Assembly: GCA_038321985.1 (NCBI GenBank)
Contig: JBBQFN010000018.1
Span: forward strand, 32,001 to 96,000
DNA: 64,000 bases
Reading direction: 5' to 3'
Source of the DNA: Cyanophyceae cyanobacterium
Lineage (GTDB): Bacteria; Cyanobacteriota; Cyanobacteriia; Cyanobacteriales; Laspinemataceae
This document shows positions 20,389 through 30,081 of the stretch, in pieces. A program made the translations under genes and the position numbers. The notes under the pieces are model-generated. The model worked only from the letters and a program-made list of their open reading frames with translations. It did no database searches and was not told the DNA's origin. How positions within the stretch are numbered: the first letter of the stretch is position 1; every line of letters starts with the position of its first letter.

Positions 20389-21198
20389 ATGAGTGGAAAA
20401 ATTTTAGAAAATCAAGTGGTTTTGGTAACCGGATCGAGCTCGGGAATTGGTGCCGGAATTGCAGTCGGAATGGGAAATGCTGGTGCCAAGGTAGTTGTAA
20501 ACTATCGCAGCAGTCCAGAAGGGGCGGAAAAAGTTGTTGATGAAATTAAATCTAAGGGTGGAGAGGCGATCGCCATTCAAGGAGATATCAGCAAAGAAGA
20601 GGATGTACAAAAAATGTTCTCTCAATTGTGTGAGCATTTTGGCACAATTGATATTCTAATCAATAATGCAGGACTTCAGCAAGACGCGAATCTGGTTGAC
20701 ATGACCCTCGCCCAATGGCAAAAAGTCATAGATGTCAACCTCACCGGACAATTTCTCTGTACCCGAGAAGCGGTGAAAGAATTTATGCGCCGGGGTCTCG
20801 TTAAAGAGCGATCGCGCGCTGTCGGTAAAATTATCTTTATCAGTTCCGTTCATGAAGTGATACCTTGGGCCGGTCACTCCAACTATGCCGCATCTAAAGG
20901 CGGAATCAAACTCTTTATGCAAAGTATCGCCCAAGAAGTTGCCCACCACAAAATCCGCGTCAATGGAATTGCTCCCGGTGCGATTAAAACTCCCATTAAT
21001 GAAGATGCCTGGGACACCCCCGAAGACGAAGCCGAACTGCTCAAATTGATTCCCTACAAACGGATAGGCGTTCCCGAAGATATTGCCAAAGTCGCCGTCT
21101 GGTTGGCCTCGGATGAGTCAGACTATGTACATGGAGAAACCATCTTCGTCGATGGCGGTATGACATTATATCCCGCCTTTGGCGAAGGTCAAGGGTAA
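20389..21198 (+). CDS. Glucose 1-dehydrogenase-like SDR
   Basis: TGSSSGIG, NNAG, SSVHEVIPW, YAASKGG and VDGGMTLYP motifs. Confidence 0.9.
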   Translation: MSGKILENQVVLVTGSSSGIGAGIAVGMGNAGAKVVVNYRSSPEGAEKVVDEIKSKGGEAIAIQGDISKEEDVQKMFSQLCEHFGTIDILINNAGLQQDANLVDMTLAQWQKVIDVNLTGQFLCTREAVKEFMRRGLVKERSRAVGKIIFISSVHEVIPWAGHSNYAASKGGIKLFMQSIAQEVAHHKIRVNGIAPGAIKTPINEDAWDTPEDEAELLKLIPYKRIGVPEDIAKVAVWLASDESDYVHGETIFVDGGMTLYPAFGEGQG

Positions 21199-21466
21199 AT
21201 CAACCCCCTCCCCCCAAACCCCGATGCAGCAATTCCCTAAACCCATGATGCGCCATGATGACAAATTCATCTCATTCACCCGGGGGGAAATGGGTGGGAA
21301 TTTCATGGCAACAGGGGAATAATCATCATCACGCCACTGGATTGATTGGCGAGGGTGTCTGTTTTGATTATACTTTGTTGGGGTGATTTGGGAATGAGAG
21401 CAGGAATTGACCGAGTGATAAATTGCGTCCCGGTGTACAACTCAAAGGGCGAAAGTGAGAAATATC

Positions 21467-24400
21467 TCACGGCGATGGGAATCCGGCCAACCGCAGGAAA
21501 TGCACCCGCCCCACATAATCCCCCGCCACCACCGTCACCCCATCGGGGGCAATGGCACAGCATTCTAACGCAGCATCAGCCGGAAAACAGGCTATTTCCT
21601 CCCCCCTGACCAGATTCCACACTTTCAGGGTGTCCACTGAACCGGAAACCACCCGTTGCCCATCGGGACTGATGGCGACCGCCAATACCGGCCAACTATG
21701 TCCTGTGAGGGTGCGTTCCTCCTCCCCTGTAGCCACATTCCACACCTTCAGAGTTTTATCTCTTGAACCGGAAACGACCCGTTGCCCATCAGGGCTGACG
21801 GCGACGGCACATACCCAGTCACGATGCCCTGTGAGAGTGCGTTCCTCCTCCCCTGTGGACAGGTTCCACACCTTCAGAGTCTTATCCCATGAACCGGAGA
21901 CCACCCATTGCCCATCGGGGCTGATGGCGATCGCATTTACCAAGCCACCATGCCCTATGAGGGTGTGTTCCTCCTTACCTGTAGCCAGATTCCAGACCTT
22001 CAGGGTGCCATCCAATTCCAATAATGAACCAGAAACCATCCGTTGCCCATCGGGGCTGATGGCCACGGCATTTACTGAGCCAAAATGCCCTATGAGGGTG
22101 AGGGTGCGTTCCTCCTCCCCCGTCACCAGATTCCAGACCTTCAGGGTGTTATCTATTGAATGCAAAACCACCCGTTGCCCATCGGGGCTGATGGCAACCT
22201 CAGATATCCCGTCATCATGCACTGTGAAGGTGCGTTCCTCCTCCCCTGTGGACAGATTCCACACCTTCAGAGTTTTATCCTTTGAACCGGAAACCACCCG
22301 TTGCCCATCGGGGCTGATGGCGACGGCATATACCGAACTACCATGCCCAGTGAGAGTGAGTTCCTCCTCCCCTGTAGATAGGTTCCAGATTTTTAGGGTG
22401 TTATCCACTGAACCAGAAACCACCCGTTGCCCATCGAGGCTGATGGCGACAGCAGATACCGACCCATTATGCCCGGTGAGGGTGCGTTCCTCCTTCCCGG
22501 TGGCGAGATTCCACACCTTCAGGGTTTTACCCAATGAACCGGACATCACCCGTTGCCCATCGGGGCTGATGGTGACAGCACTTACCCAACCACCATGCCC
22601 GGTGAGGGTGAGTTCCTCCTCCCCTGTAGCCAAATTCCACACTTTCAGGGTTTTATCCTGTGAACCAGAAACCACCCGTTGCCCATCCGGGCTGATGGTG
22701 ACGGCACTTACCCAACCACCATGCCCGGTGAGGGTACGTTCCTCCTTCCCTGTGGCCAAATTCCAGACTTTCAGGGTCTTATCCACTGAACCGGAAACCA
22801 CCCGTTGCCCATCCGGGCTGATGGCGACCGCAGTTACCGAGCCACCATGCCCGCTGAGAGTGCGTTCCTCCTCCCCCGTGACCAAGTTCCAGACCTTCAG
22901 GGTATTATCCCATGAACCGGAGACCACCCATTGCCCATCGGGGCTGATGGCGATCGCATTTACCGAGCCATCATGACCTGTGAGGGTGCGTTCCTCCTTC
23001 CCTGTGACCAGTTTCCAGATTTTCAGGGTCTTATCCCTTGAACTGGAAACCACCCGTTGCCCATCCGGGCTGATGGCGACGGCATTTACCGAGTCACCAT
23101 GCCCGGTGAGAGTGCGTTCCTCCTCACCTGTAGCCAAATTCCAGACTTTCAGGGTATTATCCAGTGAACCGGAAACCACCCGTTGCCCATCGGGGCTGAT
23201 GGCGACGGCACTTACCGAGTCACCATGCCCGGTGAGGGTGCGGATTAAGGGGCCACCAGGAGGGGTGAGGTTAGGGAAGAGAGGACGAATCCAGGGTTTT
23301 CTTTGACATTGTTGCGCCTGGGTCAGCAGTTGGGTGATGGCGGGGAACGTCTCCCTTTGAGGAGTCGGCGGATACTTGGGTAAATGCTGACCAATGCCCG
23401 GAATCCGCTCCCAGAAATAGCGATAGGGAGGTTGAGGGGGGGTCATCTCCGCAAAAGACAACAACCGCCCTAAAAGTTGCCCCGCCAGTTGACTGGGATC
23501 CTGCTGCACCACATGGGCGGACAAGCGCACCGCCTCCCCCACCAGCCCCAGGTCCCGACTTGCCACTGCCTCTGGAACCGCCTCAAAATCCGCCAACACC
23601 GCCCCCACCCCCAGGCGCTCTATCTTCCCCTGCAACCACCGAAAATCCAGTAACAGGGGTGGGATGTGGTGTGGGCAAACTTGGAGATGGTGACGAATGG
23701 CATAGCGACCAAAATACTCATCCGCCGTCGCCTCGTGATAGCCTTCGGGATAGCGTTGACCATAAGCGGCGAAAAACTGCTCCTGACGCGCCGTCAAATC
23801 CCCCGCCTTTTGGCGCACATAATCCACTTGCAAATCGTGCAGATTCAGCCGCCCCAACTCATCCCGCAACAGCAACGACTTCGCCACCAAACAATCCACC
23901 ACATCTTGCACCGCCAAGGCATCCAGCCCGATCGCCCCCCAGAAAATTTCCAGCACCCCCTCGGGAATCGGCGTACCCTTCGGGAAAATCGCCAAATCCA
24001 GATACCGAGGCGCGATATCCGGTATATCCTCTGACGCCAACGCATCCACACTCGCTTCCAGCACCTTCAGCAAATTGGGATAATTGGGATAATCCGGGAA
24101 CTTGTAGGCAATCCGGGCTAAATCCGCCGATCGCAATTTTTCCAGCACATTCCGCCAACGGTTTGCCCCGTTCCCACAAACCATCGCCCCGGCCATTGCC
24201 ACCGCCAAAGGCAAATAGCCACATTCCTGCACCACCTCCACCGCCTCCGTTGGCAATCCTTCCGGGTGTTCCCCCGCCCACTGCGCCACCAACCCTAACC
24301 CCTGCTCCTCCGACAACAGCCCCACCTCATGACCTTGGGCCGCCAACCCCCTCACTAACCTCCCATCCCGGGTCGTCAACAACAATTGACACCGTGGCCC

Positions 24401-25654
24401 CAACCCGTAAAACGCCTCCGCGTGGGACATCTGCCAAACATCATCCAACACCAATAAACAAACGCGCTCCTCCAACTGTTGCGCCAGTGCCGCTTTCCCC
24501 TGCGCCACATCCTCAAAAAAGAGGCGCGTCCCGGTAAAATAGGCCACACAGTCCACCAATCGCGTGATCAGGTTCGGTTCTTGTCCCAACGTCACCCACA
24601 GCACCCCATCAGGAAACCGTGCTCCCACCGCCTCATCCCGCGCCACCGCCGCCGCCAGCACGGACTTACCAATGCCGCCCATCCCCTGCACCCCCACCCG
24701 CTGCGCCACCCCCGTCATCACCAAAGTTTGGGACTCGGTTCCCAGCAGCTTGGCTTTAATCGCCTCAACTTCTTCTAAGCGCGGCAAAAACTTCAGAGGC
24801 AACGATGGCACATTAAACAACCGGGAACGGGGTGCAGCGGTTGCCCCTTCCCCCCCTGCCAGTCGGTCAATCTTGCCTTCCATGCGCTCTAACTGTCTCG
24901 TCTGGCGCAAGAAATTCTCCTCTAAAATACTCAGCACCTGCTCCACATCTTCCCGGTGCGCCAACTTCGGCAAATACTGCTGAATTTCCTCAATCTTCGC
25001 CAAAGTTGCCCCATGCAAATCAAAAACCATCCCGGCAAACGCTTTCGGGTCATCCTTCAACACCTGACGCAAATACTTCCCAAAATTCGCCGCCAACTCC
25101 CCCGCCAACGCCACCACCACATCGTTATACTTCGCCCTTTCCCCAGGCAACATCCCCCGCCCATAGCCCCACGCCACCAAATCCTCACTCAACTCCTGCC
25201 ACTCGTCCGCCTTCAAAACCTGGTAGTTGCTGAACCGTTCCGGAGCTTGGCTAAACAAGTCATAAAGCTGCTCCTCCTGCAACGTTTCAAACACATTAAT
25301 GCCCTGCACCCGCTCCAACCAATAGGCTTCCACCCCATCCGCCAACCCCTGCAATGCCGCACGCAACTCCGGGAACTGGGGGATGATGCGCTCCTCTAAA
25401 GTTTTCCTCACCGTCCGTCCCGCCGCCTTCGCTAAATCCTCATTCCGCAACACCTCCCCATGATTGCGAAATCGCTCCCTCAACGCCCCTAAATTATTCG
25501 CCTCCATCCCCGCCAAAAAATTGCCCACCATTCCCCAATGCGGCGCAGCACCCACAGTCAGCATCGCCAGCACCCCCAACAGCGCCGTTTCCCCCAATAG
25601 GCTTCGATTCACCTTCAGCCACCGCTTCCCATCCATACCCTGTACCTCAACCAC
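21467..25654 (-). CDS. STAND NTPase (NB-ARC) with APAF1-like helical domain and about 14 WD40 repeats
   Basis: Walker A GMGGIGKS, Walker B LLVLDDVW, LLTTR, GYLPLA, LHDL; 13 near-identical 42-aa repeats plus a terminal blade. Confidence 0.93.
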   Translation of the reverse strand: MVEVQGMDGKRWLKVNRSLLGETALLGVLAMLTVGAAPHWGMVGNFLAGMEANNLGALRERFRNHGEVLRNEDLAKAAGRTVRKTLEERIIPQFPELRAALQGLADGVEAYWLERVQGINVFETLQEEQLYDLFSQAPERFSNYQVLKADEWQELSEDLVAWGYGRGMLPGERAKYNDVVVALAGELAANFGKYLRQVLKDDPKAFAGMVFDLHGATLAKIEEIQQYLPKLAHREDVEQVLSILEENFLRQTRQLERMEGKIDRLAGGEGATAAPRSRLFNVPSLPLKFLPRLEEVEAIKAKLLGTESQTLVMTGVAQRVGVQGMGGIGKSVLAAAVARDEAVGARFPDGVLWVTLGQEPNLITRLVDCVAYFTGTRLFFEDVAQGKAALAQQLEERVCLLVLDDVWQMSHAEAFYGLGPRCQLLLTTRDGRLVRGLAAQGHEVGLLSEEQGLGLVAQWAGEHPEGLPTEAVEVVQECGYLPLAVAMAGAMVCGNGANRWRNVLEKLRSADLARIAYKFPDYPNYPNLLKVLEASVDALASEDIPDIAPRYLDLAIFPKGTPIPEGVLEIFWGAIGLDALAVQDVVDCLVAKSLLLRDELGRLNLHDLQVDYVRQKAGDLTARQEQFFAAYGQRYPEGYHEATADEYFGRYAIRHHLQVCPHHIPPLLLDFRWLQGKIERLGVGAVLADFEAVPEAVASRDLGLVGEAVRLSAHVVQQDPSQLAGQLLGRLLSFAEMTPPQPPYRYFWERIPGIGQHLPKYPPTPQRETFPAITQLLTQAQQCQRKPWIRPLFPNLTPPGGPLIRTLTGHGDSVSAVAISPDGQRVVSGSLDNTLKVWNLATGEEERTLTGHGDSVNAVAISPDGQRVVSSSRDKTLKIWKLVTGKEERTLTGHDGSVNAIAISPDGQWVVSGSWDNTLKVWNLVTGEEERTLSGHGGSVTAVAISPDGQRVVSGSVDKTLKVWNLATGKEERTLTGHGGWVSAVTISPDGQRVVSGSQDKTLKVWNLATGEEELTLTGHGGWVSAVTISPDGQRVMSGSLGKTLKVWNLATGKEERTLTGHNGSVSAVAISLDGQRVVSGSVDNTLKIWNLSTGEEELTLTGHGSSVYAVAISPDGQRVVSGSKDKTLKVWNLSTGEEERTFTVHDDGISEVAISPDGQRVVLHSIDNTLKVWNLVTGEEERTLTLIGHFGSVNAVAISPDGQRMVSGSLLELDGTLKVWNLATGKEEHTLIGHGGLVNAIAISPDGQWVVSGSWDKTLKVWNLSTGEEERTLTGHRDWVCAVAVSPDGQRVVSGSRDKTLKVWNVATGEEERTLTGHSWPVLAVAISPDGQRVVSGSVDTLKVWNLVRGEEIACFPADAALECCAIAPDGVTVVAGDYVGRVHFLRLAGFPSP

Positions 25655-25740
25655 TGCACCTATTTTACTGAAGGTTCCTCAACTTGGGCAGGATTTGTCA
25701 GCCGCCTATTTTGAAAATCCACCCTCAATGTAGTAAAAAA

Positions 25741-25857
25741 ACCCGCAGCGTCAAGCCTGGGGCTACACGGACGAAGCCCGTGGTTCGACGGTGCTCACCA
25801 GAGCCCTGCGCGGGCTAAGAGGTAAAACCTACTTTTACCAACCGGATTTGGTATTAG
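25741..25857. repeat. Short dispersed (MITE/REP-like) element
   Basis: AGCCC...GCGGGCT hairpin family (compare 10926-10947); terminal CCGGATTTGGTATTAG shared with 17991-18015 and, inverted, with about 50651-50662. Confidence 0.55.
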
Positions 25858-25919
25858 ATTTGAGAGGTCTATAATCTGCTACAATTTAGACTTGAGAGTT
25901 CCATAATCTGGCAAAAATT

Positions 25920-26150
25920 ATGCGGTCAATTGAGCAACTGACTGAGGAAATATTATCCCTGCCTAGTGAGGTGAGAGCACTTCTCGCGGATAAGTTAGTG
26001 GAAAGTTTGGAATTCAGTGCTGACTCAGCAATTCAGGCAGCTTGGGTCACTGAAGCCCAGCGCCGGAGAGATGAGGTCCGAAATGGCTCTGTTGAAACTA
26101 TTTCAGGGGAAGAGGCTTTAGCGAAAGTCAGACGGTTGATTGAGTCATGA
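25920..26150 (+). CDS. Addiction module antitoxin component
   Basis: LSLPSEVRALLADKLVESL...AWVTEAQRR; ATGA overlap with the toxin gene. Confidence 0.85.
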   Translation: MRSIEQLTEEILSLPSEVRALLADKLVESLEFSADSAIQAAWVTEAQRRRDEVRNGSVETISGEEALAKVRRLIES

Positions 26151-26438
26151 AGTATATTTTTCATCCTGAAGCACTGACTGAATATGCGGAAGCCGTTCAA
26201 TATTACACCGAGCAGGGGGTTGAGGTCGCACAAGCATTCGTCAGCGCGATCGAGGATACAGTCTATCGGATCAGGGAGTCTCCAATCCGCTATGCTGTAG
26301 TTGATGAAGATGTTCGGCGATGTATGACGCGCAGATTTCCATATTGGTGTTCTCTACACAATTGAGCCAGACTACATCCTGATTTTGGCAGTCATGCATT
26401 GTAGTCGTGAGCCTGGATATTGGAAAAGCCGCAAGTAA
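26147..26438 (+). pseudogene. RelE/ParE family toxin with a +1 frameshift
   Basis: MKYIFHPEA...RRFPY, then an extra T at about 26345; the other frame continues GVLYTIEPDYILILAVMHCSREPGYWKSRK to TAA at 26438. Confidence 0.85.
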
Positions 26439-26639
26439 TTCAAGCTGACTTGCCTATTTCCTCGTGACTGCTCCTCGTGACTGGGCTTCTGCCGAGTCAC
26501 GCCCTAAGTGTTAGATATTATTAGTGAGTTCGCGAAGCGCCGCTGTAGGAGTTGAGAAGGGTGCAGATGTCAGTGAGCGGGACATCCCCTTCCCTGATAT
26601 TATGGGCAAATCCTGTCCTGAATGTCTAATTAAGCAACT

Positions 26640-28244
26640 GTGACTCCTGTGTTTGAATCCTTTGAACCCACACCCTCCCCGGAAGAACTCACCGATATTG
26701 TGATCATCGGGAGTGGGATTGGCGGATTGTGCTGTGCTGCATTGTTGGCTCAGTATGGATTTGCAGTAACGGTTTGTGAGAGTCATAACATAGCAGGGGG
26801 TGCAGCTCATGGTTTTTCGAGAAATGGCTATACTTTTGATTCGGGTCCATCGTTGCATTCCGGTTTGTCTGACTCTTCCTCTGCTCACCCGCTTAAACAA
26901 GTGTTAGATATTATTGGTGAGGCGGTTCCTTGTCTGACCTATGATACTTGGGGTTGTTATCTTCCCGAAGGTGAGTTAAAGATTGCCGTAGGTGCGGACC
27001 CGTTTTGTGAGGTGCTGCAAGAGTTGCGAGGTAGGGTTGCGGTTCAGGAATGGCGGAGGTTGCAACAGGTGATGGAACCGTTAGCAGCAGCAGCGAAGGC
27101 GATTCCTCCGACTGCCTTGCGCTGGGATTGGGGGGCGGCGATCGCCTCGGTACGTTTTGCACCGGCTATTTTCCCTCATTTGAGAAACATCGTCAAACTC
27201 ACGGGTCCTTTTAGTCGAATCATGGATGAAGTAATCCAGGACCCGTTTATCCGCAACTGGTTGGATTTGCTCTGTTTTCTCCTTTCTGGACTGCCTGCAT
27301 CGGGGACTAGCGCCGCAGAAATGGCCTTTATGTTTGCGGAATGGTATCGCCCGGGAGTGGTGCTAGAGTACCCCATTGGCGGCAGTGGGGCGATCGCAGA
27401 TGCTTTGGTTCGGGGACTGGAAAAACAGGGGGGACGGTTACGGCTGAATGCTCATGTTGAACAAGTGCTGGTAAAAGGCGATTCCCTTCGGGATAGCTTC
27501 GCTTCACGCGCGGTGGGAGTGCGTCTGCGCGGAGGGAATGTGATTAAAGCCCGTCAAGCGGTGGTGTCGAATGCGTCGGTGTGGGATACCCTGAAATTGT
27601 TACCCCAGGATGCGGTTCCGAAATCATTTCGCAGTCGCCGTCAAGCCACTCCCGCTTGTGAGAGTTTCATGCACTTACATTTGGGCATTGATGCGGCTGG
27701 ATTACCTTCGGATTTAGCCTGTCATTATATCATTGTTAACGATTGGAGTCAAGGGGTGACGGCCCCGCAAAATGTGATTTTAGTCTCCATTCCCTCGGTT
27801 TTAGACCCGTCTCTCGCCCCATCGGGAAAGCACGGGATTCATGTTTATACTCCCGGGAATGAACCATATCAGTTATGGGCGGGACTTGAGCGCAATAGTG
27901 CGGCTTATCAAGAATTGAAACAAGAACGGGCGGAGGTGATGTGGCAAGGTTTAGAACGAATTATTCCCGATATTAGACAGCGATGTGAGGTCACATTGGT
28001 GGGAACTCCGCTGACTCATGAGCGATTTTTACGACGCGATCGCGGTTCTTATGGTCCTGCCATTGCTGCTGGAAGTGGGTTTTTTCCGGGTCCAACGACT
28101 CCGTTATCGGGGTTATTCTGCTGTGGGGATTCCACCTTTCCCGGAATCGGTTTACCTGCTGTTGCCGCCAGTGGCGCGATCGCTGCCAATACGATCGCCC
28201 CCTTGAACAAGCATCTGGCAATGCTAAAGGCGATCGGTTTTTAA
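26640..28244 (+). CDS. Phytoene dehydrogenase / carotenoid isomerase-like FAD oxidoreductase
   Basis: IIGSGIGGL, FDSGPS, GTPLTHERF and GDSTFPGIGLPAVAASG motifs. Confidence 0.85.
   Translation: MTPVFESFEPTPSPEELTDIVIIGSGIGGLCCAALLAQYGFAVTVCESHNIAGGAAHGFSRNGYTFDSGPSLHSGLSDSSSAHPLKQVLDIIGEAVPCLTYDTWGCYLPEGELKIAVGADPFCEVLQELRGRVAVQEWRRLQQVMEPLAAAAKAIPPTALRWDWGAAIASVRFAPAIFPHLRNIVKLTGPFSRIMDEVIQDPFIRNWLDLLCFLLSGLPASGTSAAEMAFMFAEWYRPGVVLEYPIGGSGAIADALVRGLEKQGGRLRLNAHVEQVLVKGDSLRDSFASRAVGVRLRGGNVIKARQAVVSNASVWDTLKLLPQDAVPKSFRSRRQATPACESFMHLHLGIDAAGLPSDLACHYIIVNDWSQGVTAPQNVILVSIPSVLDPSLAPSGKHGIHVYTPGNEPYQLWAGLERNSAAYQELKQERAEVMWQGLERIIPDIRQRCEVTLVGTPLTHERFLRRDRGSYGPAIAAGSGFFPGPTTPLSGLFCCGDSTFPGIGLPAVAASGAIAANTIAPLNKHLAMLKAIGF
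27483..27506 (+). mobile_element. 24-nt small dispersed repeat inserted in frame into a HIP1 site
   Basis: GCGAT[TCCCTTCGGGATAGCTTCGCTTCA]CGC; removing it restores GCGATCGC and the peptide G-D-R. Confidence 0.7.
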
Positions 28245-28270
28245 AACCTAAAAAACCTGATTCTTCTTCT

Positions 28271-28338
28271 GTTCGTAGTAACGCCTTCCGGCGTTACGGT
28301 GAACTTAGATAATAATGCCTGAAGGCGTTACTACGAAC
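28271..28338. repeat. REP-like inverted repeat between convergent genes
   Basis: Perfect 18-bp arms GTTCGTAGTAACGCCTTC / GAAGGCGTTACTACGAAC. Confidence 0.8.
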
Positions 28339-29383
28339 TCACAGAATGGCTTAAAACATCGCGATGGTGAGGTTCTTGTAAGTTGGTTATGGTAGGCCCA
28401 GAGGGGATAATTCCACCGGGATTTAAGGGGAATAAGTTACCGTAATAATCTCGTTTGATACTATCGAGGTCACAGGTATCGGCGACGCCCGGGAGTTGAT
28501 AGATATCCCGGAGATACCCGCCTAGGTTTTGATAGTCTTGAATTCGGCGTTGGTTGCACTTAAATAAGCCGTAATATACGATATCAAAGCGAAATAAGGT
28601 AGTGAATAGACGGACGTCGGCTAGGGTGAGGCGATCGCCAGATAAATACCGATTCGTTTCTAATACGGTGTCTATTTCCTCTAAGGTAGTAAATAGTTCC
28701 TTACAGGCGGTGTCATACGCCTCTTGGCTTTGAGCAAATCCACATCGATAGACGCCATTATTAATAGCAGGGTAAATTTTATCGTTCCATTTTTCTACTT
28801 CGGCTTGTAATTCTTCAGGATATAAATTCAGTTCAGGATGGGTGCTAAATTCGTTAAATTCTGAGTTTAACATGATGATGATTTCAGCACTTTCATTATT
28901 GACAATCGTCTGGGTTTGTGTATCCCAGAGGATGGGAACGGTGCAGCGCCCCTGATATCCAGGACGGGCGATCGCATACAATTCGGGGACCGTTTGACAG
29001 CCGTATTCTTCCTGGTCGAGTACCCAGATTCCGGCATCGGGAGAGGGGGAGACAATGGCTACCGAAATGGCGGATTCTAATCCTTTGAGCGATCGCACGA
29101 CCAAAGTCCGATGCGCCCAAGGACAGCCTAATCCCACATATAGACGATACCGTTCCGTTGCTGGGGGATAGGGGTTTTGCGGTTGGGTTCCCACCGCATT
29201 TCTAAACTCACTGGTTGGACGAATATATTCCCCGGTTTGACTACGAGGTGCAAGTTTGGACATCATGAGTTGCCACATTGTTGTCCAGACAAATTTGCCG
29301 AATTTAATAATAAATTTGGACGGCAATGTTTTCCCTTTTTTGGGGAGATTGTCAGTTTTGACGGGTGGGGTTTCTGAAGACAT
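28331..29383 (-). CDS. Glutathionyl-hydroquinone reductase (omega/Xi-class GST, YqjG-like)
   Basis: CPWAHR, TVPILWD, IVNNESAEI, INNGVYRCGFA and LFTTLFRFD motifs. Confidence 0.92.
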   Translation of the reverse strand: MSSETPPVKTDNLPKKGKTLPSKFIIKFGKFVWTTMWQLMMSKLAPRSQTGEYIRPTSEFRNAVGTQPQNPYPPATERYRLYVGLGCPWAHRTLVVRSLKGLESAISVAIVSPSPDAGIWVLDQEEYGCQTVPELYAIARPGYQGRCTVPILWDTQTQTIVNNESAEIIIMLNSEFNEFSTHPELNLYPEELQAEVEKWNDKIYPAINNGVYRCGFAQSQEAYDTACKELFTTLEEIDTVLETNRYLSGDRLTLADVRLFTTLFRFDIVYYGLFKCNQRRIQDYQNLGGYLRDIYQLPGVADTCDLDSIKRDYYGNLFPLNPGGIIPSGPTITNLQEPHHRDVLSHSVSS

Positions 29384-29477
29384 AAGACGCTCTATTGATA
29401 GAATAAATTAAGACGAAACTTTTCTAAAAATCTCCGGTTGTAAGCCGAGGGATTCAGTACGGCTGGGTAGTCCCCCT

Positions 29478-29984
29478 TTATTCGGGTAATTGTTCTTTGA
29501 GGGAGGAAATCATCTGGGGATTCAGCTTAATTTTAATTTCGACTAATCGAGTAGTATCTCGAAAAATCAAAGTTTGATTATCTTCTACCAAAATTTCCGC
29601 CTCTTTCAAGGTCAAGGTTTGATATTTAAGGGCAGCTAATTTCATCTGAATCACGAGACTGGGTTGGGATTTGGGATAAATGTAGAGTTGCTGCCGTTTT
29701 GGGTCGAGTTGCAGTTGCCTAACGGTGGTATTACGTTCGTCTGGCATCCCCGGTTTTTGCCAATAGAGGGTAATGCCGCGCACGTCAGGGTTGCCGATCG
29801 CAAAGGTTTCATCAAAGCGTTGAGGTTCCCAGTCCAATTCGCGCACATTACCGTTTTCCGGCAGGATACGCTGGCGCAAGGCGATTTCTTTGCCGTTGAG
29901 ACTGCACCACCATTGACGGATTGTCTCGAAATTTTTAGCCTGATCGGGATTATTATTACCAGACTGCCAAGTAATCAATGGCAT
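29478..29984 (-). CDS. Hypothetical protein
   Basis: 168-aa ATG ORF with a good RBS (AAGGAG), co-oriented with the GST gene. Confidence 0.7.
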   Translation of the reverse strand: MPLITWQSGNNNPDQAKNFETIRQWWCSLNGKEIALRQRILPENGNVRELDWEPQRFDETFAIGNPDVRGITLYWQKPGMPDERNTTVRQLQLDPKRQQLYIYPKSQPSLVIQMKLAALKYQTLTLKEAEILVEDNQTLIFRDTTRLVEIKIKLNPQMISSLKEQLPE

Positions 29985-30081
29985 GATTCGCCCTCCTTAT
30001 TGATACCCATTGTTCCTATTTTAGAGTTTAAATTAGATTTTAAAGTGGACTGTACATTGGCAACGCTAAACCTTCCCCCAA

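Noticed and set aside
21467..23245. Diversity-generating retroelement acting on the WD40 repeats
   Set aside because: No reverse transcriptase or template/variable repeat pair, and variation is not adenine-specific.
21552..25399. Long + strand ORFs (474 aa, 325 aa and others) opposite the STAND gene
   Set aside because: Antisense shadows caused by repeat periodicity and codon bias.
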